Shown here: piece after piece, positions 58,753 to 64,000 of the stretch
Numbering within the stretch: position 1 is the first letter of the stretch
Layout of the letters: every line of letters starts with the position of its first letter
NCBI RefSeq assembly: GCF_009914755.1
Contig: NC_060927.1
Reading direction: 5' to 3' (one strand)
DNA from: the human T2T-CHM13v2.0 reference genome, Homo sapiens
DNA length: 64,000 nucleotides
The notes under the pieces: model-generated
Told to the model about the DNA's origin: nothing
Database searches by the model: none
What the model saw: the letters and a program-made list of their open reading frames with translations, nothing else
Program-made: the position numbers and the translations under genes

Positions 58753-59123
58753 TGTATTAGTCCGTTCTCACACTGCTATAAAGAACTGCCCGAGACTGAG
58801 TAATTTATAAAGAAAAGAAGTTTAACTGACTCACAGTCCCACATGGCTGAGGAAGCCCCAAGAAACACAATCATGATGGAAGGGGAAGCAAGGACCTTCT
58901 TCACATGGTGGCAGGAGAGAGAAGAGCCTGTGAGAGCTTCTCAGGAAAAACTACCATTTATAAAACCATCAGATCTCGTGAGAATCTACCCACTATCACG
59001 AGAACAGCATGAAAGCAACAGCCCCCATAATCCAATAACTTCCCACCAAGTCTCTTCCTCAACACCTGGAGATTACAAATTCAGGATAAGATTTCAGTGG
59101 GGGCACAAAGCCAAACCATATCA
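58753..59123 (-). mobile_element. THE1D/MSTA-like solo LTR
   Basis: tgtattagtccgttctc...agccaaaccatatca with TG..CA ends and perfect 5-bp TSD AAAAG (58748-58752, 59124-59128). Confidence 0.94.
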
Positions 59124-59134
59124 AAAAGCTATGT

Positions 59135-59380
59135 TGATTCCCATAGCATGGTGATTTTCCCTTCTTCCCCCTACCTTTGAGTATGTCTGGCATTGTCTGG
59201 AAATATATTTATTTATCAAAACTGGGGTTGGGGTGGGGAAGAACAGAGCTACTGGCATCCAGAGGGTTGAAGCCAGAAATGGTGCTAAACAACTTACAGT
59301 GCACAGGACAGAACCCCTGCCTCCAACAAAGAATTATATGTCCCCAAAGTCAATAGTGACACTACTAAGAAACCCCGCCA
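59135..59380. mobile_element. MER20 hAT-Charlie remnant
   Basis: gctactggcatccagagggttgaagccagaaatggtgctaaacaacttacagtgcacaggacag. Confidence 0.85.
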
Positions 59381-59585
59381 CAAAGTCAAGAAAAAGCCCG
59401 CCTTTCCACTGCCCAATAACAAAAGCTTGCTAAAGAAATGAATAACCTAAAAAGATTGCAAGATAGAATTCAAGTTTTTTCAAATGCTTCAAGTCACCTG
59501 GTTTGCTTTCATCAAAGAATGGTCTTTATGATTATCATTATTCCACTGTAATCACCCAGAATGCTTTGCTTATGTTCTGTGCTGG

Positions 59586-59880
59586 ACCAATTGGTAAATT
59601 GAATTGCTTAAATGCATTCCCTTCTTAGTGGTGCTTTTGTCTGTATTACAGGGCAGGAAGCAAATTTAATTCCGTAGTCATAGGACAAATATTTACCAAA
59701 AATAGCATTTCAACAGTTTGAATCCTTAACTGCCAGAGTGGCTGCTATAAAAGGGATTGTAAGCACAAACACTCAGCTAGTATTTAAAGACCCAGTTGCT
59801 CATAAGCCAGACAGCACATGCACAAATTACCATTTGCTTCACTTGACAACTGCTGTTATCTTGACACATCCACTTAAAAA
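59586..59880 (+). promoter_or_regulatory. Candidate promoter/enhancer: TATA plus MEF2/TEAD/NKX/GATA/E-box motifs
   Basis: GCTATAAAAGGG 59744-59755; CCAAAAATAG 59696; GCATTCC 59614; CACTTGA 59840; CAACTG 59847; TTATCT 59856; CCACTTAA 59870. Confidence 0.35.
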
Positions 59881-60176
59881 TTATTTCTGACAAGAATCTT
59901 AACAGCTTTAAATCAGTCTAATTAAAGGTAATACATTTTTGCTAGAAAAGCATTTGAAATTATACAGTATTGCACAGTTCACTTTTCTAATCAAGTTACT
60001 GAGTGCATTAGTAAATGACAAAAACATCTCCACTGACATATGGTCTTCTATCGAAGGAAAACATTTCTAATACTTTATGGAAGTTTCTAACAGCAAGGCT
60101 GTAGGAGGCAAAAAATGCTTAGAGAGCTTTTCCGTAGTGAAGTAGCACCATGTCCTCGAATATTACTTTATGTAGA

Positions 60177-60731
60177 TGTGGTCGGCAGCTCTGACAGGGC
60201 TCCTAGCGACCTCTGCCTCCTGGTACGCAGGCACCTGTGGAATCCCCTTCCTTTGTGCACAGAACCTACTGACTCAGTTTTAACAAACGGAACATAGCAC
60301 AGGTGATGAGATGTCATTTCCATGATGTGGTTGCAGTCTTACCTGCATCTCGCTGGCTTTCTGTCTCTGTTGCTGGCAGTCTCTCTTACCCTCTTGCTTG
60401 CTTGCTGCCATGTTGTGAGTTGCCCGATGGAGATGCCCACGTGGCAAGAAACCAAGGGTGGTTTACAGCTTATGAGGAGCTGAAACTCACTCCAACAACC
60501 CACAAGGATTGGAAGCCTGCCAACAAACACATGAGTGTTCTTAGAAGCGAATCCTCCCCAGGCAAGCCTTGAGATGACTATAGCCCTGTGAGAGACCCAA
60601 AGCTAGAGGACCCAGCTATACGTGGCACCTGGTTTCCTGATCCACAGAATCTGTGAAATCGTAAATATGTAGTCATTTTAAGTTGCTACATTTTAGGGTA
60701 ATTGGTTGTACAGCAATAGATAACTAATACA
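60177..60731 (+). mobile_element. MLT1F-like solo LTR
   Basis: tgtggtcggcagctct...ttaagttgctac...cagcaatagataactaataca. Confidence 0.87.
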
Positions 60732-61442
60732 AGATATAACCCTGCTGCCCCAATCTTTATCTCTTTTGTTTTAATTCCTTCCTTACACAAAAGGCTCACC
60801 TCTCCTATTCTTTGATGCATCCTTTTCTTATCATTCCACCAGCTCTAAAACTGAACTCTGCATCTCCTTAACCACACACCAGTATTTCCTCCTGACATCT
60901 ATATTTTTCAAAAGTTTGCTCCTTTACACTCTTTTCTTCTTCCCCAAAGCTCAAATGAATGGAATGAGAAATGCTACATTGGCCATCTGGATTCAGAGCA
61001 TTGGTGTTATCATTAACTTCTCCACTTTCCACACTGACAATTCCACACACAGCCACAGTGCCCTCAACCTGTTCCTCCTCTCTCCACCAAGGCTCTCGCA
61101 TCCCTTCTTCCTTATTGTTTCCTTATGTTGGAACAATTGTACTTGTCTAACAGGTTTCTTCTCCAATTCATTTCGTACATACAAAGCCAGATTATACCTC
61201 CTAATACACCACTTTTCTCATTTTACATGAAATTTTTGCCTAGAAACCTACAAAATGTTCATTCATGTTTAGAAAATCACCTTTGATTATGACATTCACT
61301 CTGACAGTGCACCTAGCATGCCAGTTTTTATCTCTTTTGTGTTCAGGGCCTTACGAAAACTTGACTCATAAGGTTCAGAATTTCTAAGTCTTAGAGCAAA
61401 GTAAAACACCATAGCCAATTTGATAAAATAAATCCATCAGGG

Positions 61443-61600
61443 CTGTTGTTGCAGGTCAGGTCAAGAAGTAGACTGTGAGATGGAGATTATTAGCATGAGA
61501 AAAGATTATTAGGGAGTTCTTCAAGATTGACAGTGGTGGGGAAAGGGAAGGCCAGAGGAAGAAGTTGGGAGACGATGCAATCACAGCAAAGGCCTCAGCC
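61443..61600 (-). mobile_element. LTR16-like fragment
   Basis: agactgtgagatggagattattagcatg...gatgcaatcacagcaaaggcctcagcc. Confidence 0.6.
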
Positions 61601-61609
61601 TTAGAACGT

Positions 61610-62045
61610 CATTCTTGTAGGTAAGAGCCTAAAACAGGAAACAATTCAAATCTCCATCAACAAAATAAACTGTAGTATACTGAGACAAGGAATACTATGC
61701 AGTAATAAAAAAAAAGGGCTACCATTAAGCTCAACAACAAGGGTGACTTTCACAGACACAATATTAAGCAAAAGCATCAGACACAAAAGAATGTGTGATT
61801 CCATGTACCTGAAGTTCAAGAGCTAACAAAACTAATCTATGGTGATAGAAGTTATAACAGTGGTTTCCTCTTAGGGAAAAGGGGTTACTGACTGGGAAGG
61901 GTCATGAGGGAACCTTCTAGGGATAGGGTCTGAATATATTCTATATCTTGATCTTGGTTGTGGTTATATAGGTGTATATACATATGTAAGAATTTCTCAA
62001 ATTCTACACTAATATTTGTATACTATAATATATACACATTATAGC
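61610..62045 (+). mobile_element. L1ME/MC-type 3' end
   Basis: aaaactaatctatggtgatagaagt...actgactgggaagggtcatgagggaaccttctag. Confidence 0.8.
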
Positions 62046-62162
62046 TTTTTATCAAGGGAAACATAAGTGTTGGCCCAAACAAAACAACAATTACCTCAAA
62101 CAAAAATGTATTCATCTTCCTTGGAAGATCAGCTAAAACCACAGCCAGTTTGGGGGATTCGG

Positions 62163-62181
62163 GGTTTTTTTTGTTTGTTTG

Positions 62182-62213
<32 letters not shown>

Positions 62214-62505
62214 GTTTTTTTGAGAGACAGGGTCTTGCTCTGTCACCCAGACTGGAGTACAGTGGTACAATCATGTCTCACTGTAGCCTGAACCTCCCAG
62301 GCTTAAGCAATCCTCCCTCTTCAGCCTCCTGACTAGCTGGGACCACAGGTTCACATCACCACATCCAGCTAACTTTTAAATATTTTGTAGACACAGAGTC
62401 TTCCTATGTTGCCCAAGCTGGTCTCAAGCTCCTGGCCTCAAGCGATCCTCCCACCTAGCCCTCGCAAAGTGCTGGGATTGCAGGTATGAGCCACCATGCC
62501 AGGCC
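62163..62505 (-). mobile_element. AluJ with (GTTTT)n tail
   Basis: gagacagggtcttgctctgtcacc...ctcctggcctcaagcgatcctcc. Confidence 0.92.
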
Positions 62506-63689
62506 AAAATTTTTAAATGTGCTGTGTTTCTTCCCAAATTTTGAAAATAAGTGTTCATAACTACATAGCTGTATGTGTACCTCTACCCATAAAATACAGA
62601 ACACATGCCAATAGGAAGAGAAGACACCAGCATGTTGACGCTAGTAATCTCTGGCCACTTTAATTGTAGGCAATTTTAATTTTTTTCTATTTGATTTTCT
62701 AAAATTAACATTATTATTATTTGTGTAAGAAAAAGAGTGATTTTTTTAAAAATGCATTATCATTCATTGAGGAATAAACTAAAAGAAAAATGCAGTGCTG
62801 AAAGTGACATTGTAAACACCGTAATCCCTGAGAGTGTGTGTTAAACATCAGAGTGAAAAAGGGTAACTTTCTCAGGACCAACATGAGAGTGGACAAGGGG
62901 TATAGAAGACCCATGGGGGAAAGGTACCATGCTAAAAACAAGCTGCAAATGACCCTGGCTGCAGTGACAATACATTTAAATGGGAATGTCCAGTTGGAAG
63001 GAACACAGCATAACTGCTGACAATCAGTTAGGAATTTCTGGCAAGACGCAGGCAAAGACAGAGGGGCTGTCCCAGTAACATGGCTGTGATTTCTTACAAG
63101 GCCAAAAAAGAGCCCAGTTCTCTGACAAAGACTAGCTCTTCCTGTAGTGGTAGCCGCCGATGCTGCCTGAAGGACAGGCTAGAAAGACACAAAGCAAGAA
63201 AGCCTCTCAGTTCCTTACAGTTACCAGAGTAACCGGGACATCAGCCATGTTGCCTGGGAATACCCAGAGTAAGCCACAGTGGCAGGTAAATAAAAAAGGG
63301 TGTGAATTTGTCAGATTCCAAAGTCTTCCAGCCACTCTGTTTCAGTGACTACTGAAATCATTTCACAATGATCAGACTACTCCCAGAGTCCCTCGTGGAG
63401 AAACATCACATTCTCTGCCAGTCCAACTCAGGAACATGAATCCCCAGGGGCAGCTGAAGGAACACAGACATTTCAACGAAGAGTTTTTATAATAAGAGGG
63501 AAAAGATTCTTTCTCTCCAAAGGAGTCTGAAAGCTCACAAAAAGAAAAAAATTTAATTTCTTTATCACGTAGTATAAGTAAAATGATAATTGAAACAATA
63601 ATTTAAGGATTTATTTTTGAGGAAGGAACAGAGACATGCTAGTGGCTGTGAAAGATGCCATTTGCCATTGTGGAAGCAAAAATAGCTTT

Positions 63690-63880
63690 GTGATCAGAAA
63701 CACTAGTACTGGCTGCATGACCGTGGACAATTTACCTCTGTATACATCAGCTTCCTCATGCATAAGGTGGGGAGAATAATACCCATCTCACAGACTATTG
63801 TGAGGAGTAAATGCAGATAACATATATTATGTGCACTTGGTGCAATGCCTGGCAAGTACCAGGCACTCAATAATATATAT
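63690..63880 (+). mobile_element. MIR
   Basis: cagcttcctcatgcataaggtggggagaataatacccatctcacagactattgtgagg. Confidence 0.78.
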
Positions 63881-64000
63881 CACGTGATCCATGCTGTTGT
63901 CACAGTTATGGACAATTCTCACTACAGCCTCTTTCTAAATTTCATTCCAGTCTCACCCCAGCTACAAAGTCTTCTTTTCATGCCTCGTATTGCATGCTCT

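Overview
Primate genomic DNA (catarrhine, most likely human, given AluY and L1PA elements), intronic or intergenic in character and heavily repeat-derived. I find no credible cellular protein-coding exon, RNA gene, CpG island or CRISPR array. The long ORFs in the track are pieces of one full-length but dead L1PA4/5-type LINE-1 (1575-7907). The rest are Alu-, LTR- or microsatellite-derived, or chance ORFs. The remainder is a mosaic of about 14 Alus, many MIR/L2 fragments, MaLR/ERVL solo LTRs, hAT DNA transposon remnants and older L1 pieces. The most unusual directly visible signal is a series of locally templated rearrangements: a 173-bp inverted self-copy inside L1 ORF2, a 2x90-bp tandem duplication, a 245-bp copy placed 1.87 kb from its source with a palindromic junction scar, a 59-nt near-perfect hairpin in a MIR, and smaller patchwork scars. 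Several unique stretches carry motif clusters suggestive of regulatory elements (TATA plus cardiac/muscle TF cluster, convergent CTCF-like pair, bZIP cluster). I cannot support a new biological system from sequence alone. Repeat subfamily names are from memory of consensus sequences, and boundaries of old repeats are approximate.
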